Shown one piece after another: positions 38,470 to 50,662 of a stretch of 64,000 nt of DNA. How positions within the stretch are numbered: the first letter of the stretch is position 1; each line of letters begins with the position of its first letter. Under the pieces are notes generated by a model that had not been told where the DNA came from, did no database searches, and saw only the letters and a list, made by a program, of their open reading frames with translations. Position numbers and translations under genes: made by a program. The DNA is from Camelus ferus. Taxonomy: Eukaryota. Where the stretch lies: the NCBI RefSeq assembly GCF_009834535.1, contig NC_045697.1:100876001-100940000 (forward strand). Direction: 5' to 3'.

Positions 38470-40153
38470 CTCTAGTTAAGACCAGCTCCTCTGTCTGGAC
38501 ACCAGATCTCACCCCTTCTCACTACGTAAGAGTTTTAGTCAAGCAATTCTCCTCCCTGCCTCCGACATTATTAACACTTCCCTGGTTACCAGATCATTCC
38601 CATTAGCATACACACTGATCTAATTATCTCCCCATCTTTAAAAACCAACCCATTCTTGACCCTACTTCCCTCTGTAGCTTCCACCCTATTTTTCTGCTTG
38701 CTTTCACTGATGAAAATCCTCAGAGTTTTCCCTACGTGCTGTCTCTAGCTCCTCCTCTTCCTGTTCCTCCTACCGCACCCCACTGGGGCTTTAGTCCCTA
38801 TCTGCTCTAGTAAAGCTGCTCTCATCAGTGTCCCCGATGGCTTCCACACGGCTAAGTCCAAAGTCACTTCTCCGTCCTCGTTTCACTTGACCTATCAGCA
38901 GCACCGGGCATGCTGATCACTCCCTCATGGAATACTTCCTAATCCTGGATCTCAGGCTGTCATACATGGTCACTAGCCATTCCTTATTCAACTCTGATGC
39001 CAGTTCCTCCACTTGTTATTATCAGGATGTCCCCATTTGTAATCTGTAGATCATTTCCCTTTTCTCTGAAGACTCAGTTCTTTGCTGACATTATTCAGCT
39101 TCATGGCTTTAAGTACCATCTATATGTTGACAATTCCCAAATTTAGATCATTAACCTGAACCTCTTTCTCTCCTGAATTTCAGATTCTTATATCTAACTG
39201 CACACTTGATATTTCCACGTAAACCTAACATGTTCCAAGTGAGCTCCTCTTCCGGACCACAAAAACTATTCTATCTCGAGTCTTCCCCGACCAGTACATG
39301 GCCACCCCATCCTTCCAGCTGCCTGGGTCAAAAACTGTCAAGTCATCCTTGACACCTCCCTTTCTCTCACTCTCCCAGTCAAACCATCAGAAAACTCTGT
39401 CGGCACCACTTTCAAAGTATCAACTTTTCATTGTCTCCACTGACACCTTCTTAGTCCAGGCCACCACCATGTCTCACCTAGAGAATGACACTAGCTCTCT
39501 AACTGGTCTACACCTGCTTCTCCTCCTTCCATCTACGGGCTAATCTCAACATAACAGCCTGGGTGTTAAAATCAAAGTCAAATCAGGGTAATCCACTGCC
39601 CATAACCTTACAATTGCTTCTCGATTTTTTCTGAGTAACAGCCAAAGTCAATATAAAGACCCCACATGAGTCTTCCCCCAAGTTACCTCTTTAAATGCAT
39701 CTTCTACTCTCTCTCCTTCACTTTATTCAAACCAAATCAGCTTCCTTGCTATTTCCTGATTACAGCAGAATCACTTTTGCATCAAGGCTTCTGCACTAGC
39801 TGTTTCCAATGCCCCATATAGCCTTACCGCAGGCATCCACATGGCTCAGCAACTTATCTCCTTGTGTCTTTGCTCAAACATCAATTTCTCAATGAAGCCT
39901 ACACTGACCACACTACTAAACTTCAACAATATCCCCAAACACTTTTACTTTGTGCTCTATTTTTCCACAGCATTTATCACCGTTAACATATCATGTAATG
40001 CCCTATTTTTGTTATTTTTTTATGTCAAGAGACATAAAAAGAATATAAACTTTAGGATGTCAGGTGTTTTGTCTGTTTCATTCATTGTTGTACCTCCGGG
40101 TCTGGAATACTGCCTGGCACATAGTAGATGATCAACTAAAATATTCTGAATGA
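38470..40153 (+). mobile_element. L2 LINE, about 1.7 kb 3' portion
   Basis: CATGGCTTTAAGTACCATCTATATGTTGACAATTCCCAAAT (L2 RT YADD-region relic), GTCATCCTTGAC, and tail TGCCTGGCACATAGTAGATGATCAA...TGAATGA. Confidence 0.88.
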
Positions 40154-41074
40154 CTTAAAAGAAAAAAAATTAAATCAATTTAAAAATAATGCAACATCCT
40201 TATCTTTATAAAACTTTAGAGCTGGAAGAGATCTTACAAATTTGCAGATGATCTTTATTTTACCAACAAAGGAAGTGAGGTCCAGAGAATTTAAGTGATC
40301 TGCCAAAGGCCATGTAGCTAAGTAAGTGGACTTGCCAATTACCCTGGCTCTGAGTCACATGTTATTTTGTTACATCATAATTCACTGCACAATTTTTTAG
40401 GGAAACATTAGTTTCTGATAAGGCTAAATGTTCAAAAATGTCATAATGTATCATTATTATTAGAACTCTAAATTTATAATAAAAATATCTGTTATCTTTT
40501 ATTTTTTTACCAAGTTCTTCTTTAACCTGTACGTGTACTTTAAAAGTTGTTTCCCCTGTTGACCTAACCTGAGTTTAGAAGAGCCTCATTCATTGGTGTT
40601 TCTTTCCCAATGAAATTCTAAACATTCATGTGTAGAAATTCATGGACTCCTACAGGGCTATATAAGCCTTTTGATGAAAATAATGCTTTGTGCTTGCATC
40701 TTTGCACTTTAAAAAATAAAACAGACTTGCTACATATTATAAAAACCACTGAAATGACTGTCCAATGTTAAGAGCAAGTTCTGAGGATATAATGATTATC
40801 AGGCATGTATGCATAAAAATGCACATATGCTGAAGATAGTCACTTGATAATAACAAGAAAGCCTGACTAAGCGTTTCTTGTCGTGTAGCAGTTGTAGATC
40901 AAAGTGACTAGGCCTTTACTCCACAATATTGGCCCCGACTACTTGCCAAGAATTATGTCAGGGATTCTGGAGATTCAAGAGCAAATGAAAAATACTTGGC
41001 CTACCTTCTCACAGAGCCAAGTCCAGTAGGGGAGATCACAATTTCAAACAGCATTTCCAATACATTAGAGATAC

Positions 41075-41409
41075 AGAGGCTGCAAACTCCTGGCCCACAA
41101 ACAGCATCCTTTGGCCCGCAAATATATTTTATTTGGCCTTCCACACATTGTAATAATTAAAAAAAATCAATGGTCAACATTTTAAAAATTGAGATTTTTT
41201 TTATATAAAATTCAGATTCACTTGAAAAAAGTAGAAGTTACAGTAACTTTAGGTCCAAAGTTCCCTATGGAAATGACTAATAGAGCTGAGTGGTGGCCCT
41301 CTTTTGAAGGGATATACTTTCTAGATTGCCCCAGTGTCCATGCAATTTCACCTGACTCAGTCATGTTTCCCGGCATGATGTCTGTGGGCTTCTGTACTTG
41401 CAACCCTTG
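41075..41409 (+). mobile_element. hAT-Charlie MITE (MER102-like)
   Basis: CAGAGGCTGCAAACT...TTGGCCC start and complementary TTGCAACCCTTG end. Confidence 0.55.
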
Positions 41410-42309
41410 CAGAGCATCATTACCTAATTTGTAGAATCCAGTGAAAAATAAAAATGTAAGAATTCTGTTCAAAAAGCCACAGACAAGCTTTGTCTTTCTT
41501 CCACAGAGTTAATCTCTCTTAACCTATCATGGTGATTTCTATTTACTCTTTCATGTCATAGTCCATGGGACGTGTGCATGCAGAGAGCTTCAGAGGCAAC
41601 CAGCCTGAGCCCGGCTCTCCAGCACCCACGCCCAGGCCCCCTGGTACATGAGAGGGGGAAGGGGAGGTGGTCTTGGGCCAGCACAAGGATGGGGATGCTG
41701 GGCAGGCACTGTAGAACTTGGGAGGCAGAACTGCAGGTGAACCAAGTCTCCAAGTTCCAGGCCCAGCCTTCTTTGCCCTGTTGGACTTTATCTACAACAA
41801 AAGGCAGGTGGTGACTGTAGAGCATTAAACCCAGAGCACAGGGCCCTGCAGAGTGAGGAACTCTGTGCACCTGCACGGGTCCCACGCTCATAAAGTCAGC
41901 CCTGCTGTGAAGGATCAGAGAAGGTGCCTCAGGGGATGTGAAGTCTGAGCCTGTGGAAGGAAGGTAGAGATGCGCAGACCTTTGAAAGCCCTGCATCGGT
42001 AAGTATGAGGGGGAGCTCTCAAAAGAATCCAGTGCGGCTGGTTCAGGAAGGATTAATCAGGGGGAGGTGGGAGATGGCAAGGCACCCTGAAGAGGCAGGT
42101 GGGGGTCTGGGAACTTAGGGCCTTATAAGATAAGGGGAAAACTTTGTAACAAACAAGTGAAGCATTAGCTATGACTATCTGAAAAGCAGTTCATTAAGAT
42201 ATTAAGAGCAAACATAAAGGCAAGTAAATCCATGTGCAAAACTGCTCTCAAAATAAAAGCATTCCTTTTCCAAAAGTTATTCTGAAGACCCAGTTCTTTT
42301 TGACAGATT

Positions 42310-42520
42310 GAATCAGAATCATTCTGCCTGGATTTGAATCCTTGCTCAGATGCCCAGCAGCTCTGGGGTCTGAGAAGCAGTGCTTAACTTCCTCACCTAG
42401 AACATGGGGAGAGAAACAGAAGCTCCCTTACAAGCTCACTGTGAGGAGGAAGGGAGGCGGAGACAAAGCTTAGCAAAGTGCTTGCCACTCAGAGTGAGTG
42501 CAGTCAGTGTTAACTATTAA
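42310..42520 (+). mobile_element. MIR SINE
   Basis: CTGCCTGGATTTGAATCCTTGCTC...CTTCCTCACCTAGAACATGGGG...GTGAGGA...CTTAGCAAAGTGCTTG. Confidence 0.65.
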
Positions 42521-43289
42521 TGTGACTATTTCCTCTCTTTTGATACCCTTGTTTGGTATCCAAGTTGCATTTCATTTTCATTCTTTGGTGCTTCCTACTC
42601 CTCAGCTGAAGGCCATCTCCATGCCCCAGGGCTCTGCATTAGACACTCCGCTCATCTTCTCCTCATCTTTCTCTTTTCATTTTATCCCATTTAATCTATC
42701 TACCTGCTGATGAGTCCCAGATATATACTTCCTATTCTACCATCTCTGTCTTGTAGAGGCTATTCTTTGGGAAAAAAATCTCTGTGTATCTCCTTTTAAG
42801 GACAACTTGCTCACCCACCAGGCTGCAAGAATAGGGCAATGACTGGATATGTTTCTAGATATAGTGCCTGGGACAGGGTAGATGCTCAAAAAATATCTAA
42901 CAACTGAATGAAAGTCTCTTCCTCTTTGTTTTCCATATATTTAGTGCGTCTCTTCCATAAGGCTTAATGCCATGAATTCTTATGTATATTTAATTGTGTC
43001 AATTAATTAACTGATCTAGTCATTAATTATTTCACGTGTATTCGATAGATAGCTACTCTGGCTAACCAAACATAAAAGATGGGGAAAAGATTTGCTAAAA
43101 AATGTGATTTGCTAAAACCTTGGATTTGCCTCTATTTGGAGAATAAAGTAAATTTTTCAGATGACTAATCTTGGGCATAGCAAATCATGGGTAATGGGTG
43201 ATAAATTACTGATAAATTCTTGGTAGTTACTAGACAATTGTGTCAACTGGAGGCAGCCAGAGATAAAATAAAAGATGTAGGGGGGAAAA

Positions 43290-44500
43290 AGGAAATTCTC
43301 AGATCCCCAAAGGAATGTGCCTGCAAGTTAAAAGAAAGCTAGGAATTGGGAAAGAACGTGAGTATCAAGGAACATGAAACTCTAACCAATGGCCAGGGAA
43401 CTAATTTTGCGATCTGCATGTATGAGGAAGCCAAGCTGACCTGAAGCCAGACTGGGCTCATTAGGGAAAATTATGTCACAGGAACTTCATCCTTTTTGAC
43501 AGGGTTTACGGCTGGGTAGATTAGAAAAAAATAACCAATGAAATATGGTATCTGGCCTTTCACAGGGCATTTCATGACACCCTTTTGAAAGAGAGAAATA
43601 CAGGAGATGCAATAACGTGAATGGGTCCACATACAGCCAGTTGAACACGCATCCCCAAAGGGTAGTGATTAACAAGTGTATTTCAATGCACACAGTTCTT
43701 TTTAGTAATGTGCCTCAAGGACCTACATTTCTCTCTGCTTCTCCATCATTTTTATCTATTATTCCTGTGAGTGGACAGGAAATGCTGATAAGAATTGAAT
43801 AAAATAAACCTCAGCAGGGCGGTCAGTTTGATGGATGAAAGAAACAGGTATTTATCAGAGTGTACTCAAAAGTGTATTATGGTGCAGTCATGGGTATAGA
43901 CATCAATCCCTTTGGTAGAACTGAGATAGACCATGTCTTAATCTCCTTATGCCCCTCATATTTCACAATGTCTAGCATATAGTGGTGCTTAAACATTACT
44001 TGAATCTTGAGAAGCCTGAAGGATAGGGCAAATTTAGCAAGGTTTACGGATTTCAATAGAGTTATTAGTAAAATGCGGCTGTCAAAAGAGCTAATATAAA
44101 CTTAGACATCATTAATAAAATAGTACCTAAAAGTGGAGAGATGGTCCTCCTGTGTTACTCTGCACTGGATGCTGTATTATTGGAAAATGACCCTCAAAGT
44201 GGCAATTCAAAAGGGACATGACGGCTGCTTTCAGATACCTTAGGAAATCGTGTGAAAAAAGGAAACTGAATTTGTTCTGTTTGTTGCAAAGGATTAGATC
44301 TGGTCTAGTGGGTAAAATGAAAGAAAAGATATTTAGATCGACATCTGGAGTACGTCACACTAGAAAATAAAAATGGGTTTCCTACTAGTGGAGGTGAGTA
44401 TCATAGGCCTAGGTGAAAATTGGCAGAGATATTGCAGGCAAACTTAACATAATTTAGGAGGTTTAATTACATAATCCTTAAGGGCACATCAAAAATCTAA
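43290..44500 (+). mobile_element. CR1/L3 LINE relic (RT region to 3' end), interrupted by an L2 tail near 43900-44010
   Basis: ORF 43617..43802 contains PQRVVINK...SNVPQG, which resembles the CR1-type RT motif QRVVING...SGVPQGSVLGP. Upstream TTTTTGACAGGGTT...TATCTGGCCTTTCACAGGGCATTTCA resembles FFDRV...YLDFSKAFD. Confidence 0.75.
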
Positions 44501-45196
44501 GATACTAAATTCACTGGTTTTATCCCCAAGTCCTCAATTTATTATGAAATTGAAGGCATGTGGTACTACTCGTCCAGTAGATGCTTATAAGTATGCCTAA
44601 GTGTACAAAGTAAAGGATAATTCTTTTCATTAAAAAAGTATACAAATGTACACAGGTCATAGAAGTTTGGAACAGTTATCCTATTATTTGTGTTCAGAGC
44701 AGTAAAGAAAGTTATACTTCTCTCAGCACTATTTGTAGTAATCCCAGAAAGGAATTTATGACGTGAGGAAGGTATATTATAAAATCCTGGCTGTAAAACA
44801 GACAAAAAAATCTTCAAAACTACAGGTTTAAAACATTATTAAATTGATACACTGTAGAAAGAAAAATCTGCAACTTGAAGAGAGAAATATCTGCAGGTTA
44901 TAGAGGAACATAAAAAAATGAATAAACGTAGCAACAATTCACAAGACCATCTGTTTAACCAACTAAGAAACACAAATTATGGCTAAAAAGTAAACAAAAT
45001 ACGAAGAAAGAAAAACTGTCATATGGTTAACTATGAGATTTCAAAATGTATCTCAGTGTAAAACACAATAGTCAAAAGTACATGAACAAAATTTGATTCA
45101 ATTGATTAATCGATCAGATATTGATTATAATTATTTTATTAGTTAAAACTGGTTAAATTGATTAAAAATATTTGCAGAACTTAATTAAAAGGAAAA

Positions 45197-45240
45197 AACT
45201 AATCAAACGCGAGGAAACAACTAATCAAACGCGAGGAAAC
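45197..45240. repeat. Perfect 22-bp tandem duplication
   Basis: aactaatcaaacgcgaggaaac x2. Confidence 0.95.
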
Positions 45241-45559
45241 TATTCACTAATAAACGATGTGGCCACAAACGCCTATTAATATTTAACACATCATACACAG
45301 CAATAAACTAGATGACTCAAATCACTCACTGAATCAATTTATTAATTAACTGTAAAAAGAGAAGAATGTAATGACTTTTCCACCGGAGCTGTGGGCTGGA
45401 GATACATTTGGTGCTACTGAAGACATGAATTTTATTATCAAACATAGTTTTTTGAAATATAGTGTTGTTATAGAATATCAAGCCACAAGTAATCAGAAAT
45501 GACAATATGATATTTTCTTCATCCAAGATGGCATGAAATCAGTGAAAATATTTAAGGCT

Positions 45560-46050
45560 GGGAAGTTAAAAAAGTGCGTGTAGGTATTGCTGGTGAGAGT
45601 ACCCACTACTCTAAAGAAACATCCAAATGTTCCTACCTACCCAAATGTTGGTTTCTAAATGCTATTTTCCAAGATAAGAAACCAGGGTTCCTTTGCAAAT
45701 AGCTGAACTGAGAGATGCGGCAGGGGAAATACAGATGAGTCTAGAGTAAGTCCCTCATGGTACCAGAGAGTAAGGGAGTGAGTGAAAAAGTAAGTAAGTG
45801 GAAGAGTTAATTGCCTGTGCAGGGGACGCTAGCAAAAGGCCACTGAAAGTGCTCCCCACCTAACTTGCACACAACCGAACTAACTCTAGAATACTCTGAG
45901 CCTAAAATAAATAATAGTATTGATTTATAAGCCAAAAGAATAAAATAAGCATTCACAAGCCTGCACTGATGTAAACAAGTAATTGTGTAAGTAAATATCT
46001 GGGAGAGAAGGAGTAACTCTTCCTTATAAAATAATTCCACTTGCAGCAAT
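45560..46050 (+). mobile_element. L1MC/MD-like 3' UTR fragment
   Basis: AATGTTGGTTTCTAAAT...AAGAAACCAGGGTTCCTT...GCAGGGGAAATACAGATGAG...CCAGAGAGTAAGG. Confidence 0.65.
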
Positions 46051-48868
46051 TTAACTTAGGGGAACATTTCTGAGATGTACTTAAAGATTTAAATATTCAA
46101 ACATGCTTACATGTTAATTGCAGCATTATTATAATGGGTAAATATCTAAAATAGTGAAGAATTAGTTTACAGTCATTATAATCTCATTTCCAGAGGAAGT
46201 TTATCAGGAAATATCCATAATGTAACGACATCACAGGGTATCAAGAGGTACATCTGTATTTATAGTGTGTAGTCCAGTTTGGTTACAGTGTGTGTGCGCA
46301 TGCGTGTGTGTGTTTGTGTGTAAACATCGGACATGTTCAAAACGATTGAGAGAAAACGAAAATCGTGTGTGATCCTATTTATTTTTCTTCTCAAATTTCT
46401 AAAATGCTTTTTTCCTAACAAAATTTTAAAATACAGGTAAATTGAGGCACACATCACTAATGAATGCATATCTCAAATATTTTGATCTGAAACATTTTGA
46501 GGGCAAGTATAGGTAAACACATGACGTTTGATTTTTTTGCATCACATTAGTCCTAAAAGCCACTGTTCATCTCTCTGCTGCATTGTTTTATGTGACAAAA
46601 TTCAGGGTAGAGACAGAAAGTGCTTCTTCCCTAACTTAAGAGGAAGATTAAAGTTTTATTAAATAATTGATTGAGCTAATCAATTCCACTCTATGCAGTA
46701 ACATCCATAATATATTTTAATATACTTGAGCACAGATTCACTTGTAAGACATCTATTTATGTCTGTGAAGCATCCTCTTTTATGCACCAATACTCTTGCT
46801 GAAATATGCATTCTATATACAACTAACACATAAAATGTTAGCAGAAGTTTTAACTTTAAAATTCTTTGACAATACTATATTAAATAATTTCCAGACCACA
46901 GTATATATTTTATTTTATACATTTAAATAGTATCCTATCTCCTAAAAATGTTTATAACACAAAAAAGAATGAATAAAATAAATATGGATAATAAAACAGA
47001 AATAATAAAATCAAGCTGGAGGGCACTGTGTTGTAATTTGACCCTAACCATCCACGAAACCAATCTAGTTGTGAAGCCTACGTTGGCAGCAACTTCCATC
47101 TGGTTTTAGACTATATCCAAACAATGTTCTACATTCAAATAAAAGTGATTCATCTAATCTTACAGATGATTTATCTTCTAAATATTTTTACTTTCTAAAT
47201 TGAAACTTTGATTGCACAGATACAGTCTTCTGAAAAAATGCAAAATATGAAAAAAAATGCATAATTTCAAATATTCTGGAACTTTGTTCTCATCAATGAA
47301 TAGTTTCCAGGAACATCAAAACAGAAAAAAATGTGGCAGGGTTCAGAATCTCTTAATCCTTTCATTTTATTTCTGTTAAAAAGTATTATGCCTGAAAACC
47401 CATTAATGGACAGAACAAGTCACTAATACGGATTCTGCTTCTTTACCTCATTTTCTAGACCACAGCATAGTGTCTGGCTCTTAGCTGATAGTCAATAAAT
47501 ATTCAATTAAAGAAAACTGAAGTGTACTATTTCTTTATGACATAAGTTATGATAGGCTTTCATTTTGATTTATGTAGTTATGGAACTGGACTAGCTTCAT
47601 TAATAAATCTGATATTATTAGAAAAGACAATCCCCATAGGCAGTTAGATCAAGTAGAACATAAAGAACATTAGTGTAAATTTCCACCTATGTGAATGTAC
47701 CATAGAGGATGAAGACCCTCTCCAGTAAGAAAACTTCAGAAAGCCATCGTTTACAAATGTGATTTAGAAGTGGTTCTACTGTTAATCAAGTGATGAAAGA
47801 TTGATGTTTCACATAATTAAACTCCTGATGAAAACGTGCGTAATGAAAAATCAGGAAAACAAATTGAGAAAACAAATTTAATTTTATAAGCAGCCGTATT
47901 TTCTTATGACTTACTTTCTTAAAGGAAAAGGAAACGCTGATTTTAGAAGACGAGGTTAGAGCAACACTCTTTTTCTTTCCAAACCCCTGAGATACCCATA
48001 AAGAGGGCTGAGATAACTCTCATGGTAGGTCTTACTACCAGAAAGAAATACAGAAATCTGTCTTAGTTCTTGTTGTCAAAATTAATCAAATTAACCAAAA
48101 AAAAAAAAAAAAAAAAAAAAAGAAAGAAAGAAAAGAAAAAAAGCCATTTATAGGGACACAACTGTGATGAAAATTATGATGATCGTATTTGCTAGTGAAC
48201 CTTGTAATAAGTCATATATTTGAAAGTGTCTACATATGTGTCTACCTATAATGACATAGACACCCACATGTACACGCATGTGTGTGTGTGTGTCCATACA
48301 TGTGTCTATGAAGGTCTAGACTTTGTGAAAATATGAAAATATACCTTTGGAATAATGCACACATGTTCTTCTTATATGATACTAAAACTTCCTATACATT
48401 TTTTAAATAATTCACAACATTATTCCTCAGAATGAGGCAAAAAGCATTTTATCATATTGCCTTCTTTTAGGAACCATTTTGAGATACTGCAACACAATAT
48501 CCCTCAAAGTTTCTAAGGGTTTTAAGAGCAGATGCTTGTTTTTCTTCCTAATACAATTTTGGAGGAATGTGTAAAAAGTAGATTAAACTATGTCAGACTC
48601 TTTAAAAGAAAACACTGTTCTCCTTTCAAGAAGGTTTTTAATGTAGCAAAAAAAAAAAAAAAAAAAAAGAGCATTGCAAGCAGTTCTGAAAACACAACCA
48701 AGATGCATTTGATAAATAGCCTTCCATCACCCCAGCCAGCAGTGGAAAGTATGCTATCAGCACTTTCATCAAAGGCACTAGTGACTCCTCTTTTTCTACC
48801 TCATTTTTTCTTGGCTTTCTTATTTTGTTTACTCAGTCAGTGATTGGAAAACAAAAATGATTCCTTAC

Positions 48869-49028
48869 CCTTTGGATGAGTTATGATGGAGTCCACTAAA
48901 GAAGGGTCCTTTTCTCCATCTTGGCTGCCGCCGCTGCTACCTTCACTGCCGGCATCTCTTTCGATCAGTTTATCCACCATGGCAATGATGCAGTTCAGGC
49001 TCTTCCCCACGTTGGCCCACACCCTGTC
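48869..49028 (-). CDS. INPP4B: INPP4B coding exon (160 nt, phase 0-1)
   Basis: ctcttttcag|GAC AGG GTG TGG...CCA AAG G|gtaagg. Translates [53 protein letters not shown]; overlaps ORF 48837..49022. Confidence 0.96.
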
Positions 49029-49423
49029 CTGAAAAGAGCATGAGTATCACTACACGGTTGTATGATAAAAACAAGAAAAGGCAAAATCAGATAAACCCAT
49101 TTGAAAGAAGCAGGTAGAGGAGCAAACCTAAGAATGCAGCCTGAGTAACTCTTACGCCCCCATTAACTTGGCCAAATTATGGACACACAAGAAGCCTATT
49201 TCCTCTTAGTAAAGCATAGGTTAAGTGTTACAAATCTTTTTATTTAGTCCATTATTTTTCCTCTGTCAGAAACCACCGATGAACCACCACACAGCACTAA
49301 TCCATAATTGAGTACAAATTGTGACATTTTGCACTGGGGACATCTATTTTCCTCATCAATACTTAATAAGAAAGCAATGATACACCAATACTTTTAAAGA
49401 ATGGCCACCATTTGCATTCAAAC

Positions 49424-49675
49424 TTCTTTTTCTTTTTATTGTGATAATACATACATAACGTAAAGCTGACCATTTTCACCACTTTTAAGCGTACGGTCCA
49501 GTGGCATTAAGTACGTTGACACTGTTGTGCAGCCGTCACTACCATCCACCTCCAAGATTGTTCATCTTCCCAGACTGAAACTTTATACCCTTGAAAGACC
49601 CATTCTTCCTTCTCTCAGTGCCTAGCAACCATCATTCAACTTTCTGACTCTATGAATTTGACTGCTCCAGGTATT
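49424..49675 (-). mobile_element. L1MB-like 3' end fragment
   Basis: Antisense TTTTATTGTG...ACCATTTT...CAGTGGCATTAAGTAC...GTTGTGCAGCC.TCACTACCATCCA...TCTATGAATTTGACT. Confidence 0.8.
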
Positions 49676-49676
49676 A

Positions 49677-49845
49677 GAAGTTCTTTCAACGTGGACTTCA
49701 GACCACGCCTAACAGAATGACCCAGAGAATTAAAATGCAGATCCCTGGGTGGCACCAAGTTAATCAGAACCATTGGGAACTCCACACTGAAGTTCTGATA
49801 GGCTCTTCAGGTGCTTCTGACCACACTAAGCCTGAGAATGTCTAC
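49677..49845 (+). mobile_element. MER5-like hAT MITE
   Basis: AGAATGACC...TTAAAATGCAGATCCCTGGG...AATCAGAA...CAGGTGCTTCTGA...TGAGAA. Confidence 0.55.
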
Positions 49846-50110
49846 TCAATATTATGTGCTTCGTCTACATTAAGAAACCACTTTGGTTGATTTAAGCCTA
49901 AGGTTCCTCTCTGTCACTAATATTCCTCGTTCTGATTAGCATCCATTTTTGCTAAGGGCAATATGTAACACCGAATTATTTGATTCATAAAGTTCCTATC
50001 TTTTTAAATAAACATTTTAACTCAGGTATCATCATGGTGGCCTGTCACGCCTGCCTTCCCTTCTTGTTTCTCTTCCCCCGTCGCTTGGATGGAGGCATTG
50101 ACTCTTCATC

Positions 50111-50662
50111 TGTGATGCTTATTTTACGGCTCAACTTGATGGGATCACAGGGTGACCAGATGTTTGGCCAAATGTTATTTTTTATGGGTGTGTCTATGAG
50201 AGCATTTCTAGATAAAACTATCATTTGAATTGGTGGATTCAATAAAGCACTTTGTCCCCCACCCCACAAATGAGGGTGAACATCATCTAATCCATTGAGA
50301 GCCTGCATAGAACAAAAAGGTAGAGGAAGGAGAAATTTGACCCTTTCTGCTTGATTGCTTGAGGTAAGACATCAACCTTCCCCTGCCCTCAGTGCTCCTG
50401 ATTCTCAGGCTTTTAGAGCCGGACTGGAATCTACACCATTGGCTCTCCTGGTTCTCAGGACCTCAGATTCACACTGAACAACACCTTCAGCTTTCCTGGG
50501 TCTCCAGCTTGCAGACGGCAGATCATGCCACTTCTCAGTCTCCAAAATTGTGTGACTTAATTCTTTATAATAAATCTCTTCATATATATATGTGTGTGTA
50601 CACATATTTATAATAAATAATATCCTATTGGCTCTACTTTTCTGGAGAACCATCTCTAATAT
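50111..50662 (+). mobile_element. ERVL solo LTR (MLT2C/D-like)
   Basis: TGTGATG..ATTTTA...CAACTTGA...CATCATCTAATCCATTGAG.GCCTG..TAGAACAAAAAGG...GGGTCTCCAGCTTGCAGACGGCAGATC...TCCTATTGG.TCT...TCTGGAGAACC. Confidence 0.88.

Noticed and set aside
41556..41996. Longest ORF in the track (146 aa, minus strand)
   Set aside because: GC-rich intronic patch with no recognisable domain or convincing splice sites. A chance ORF is most likely, though not excluded without conservation data.
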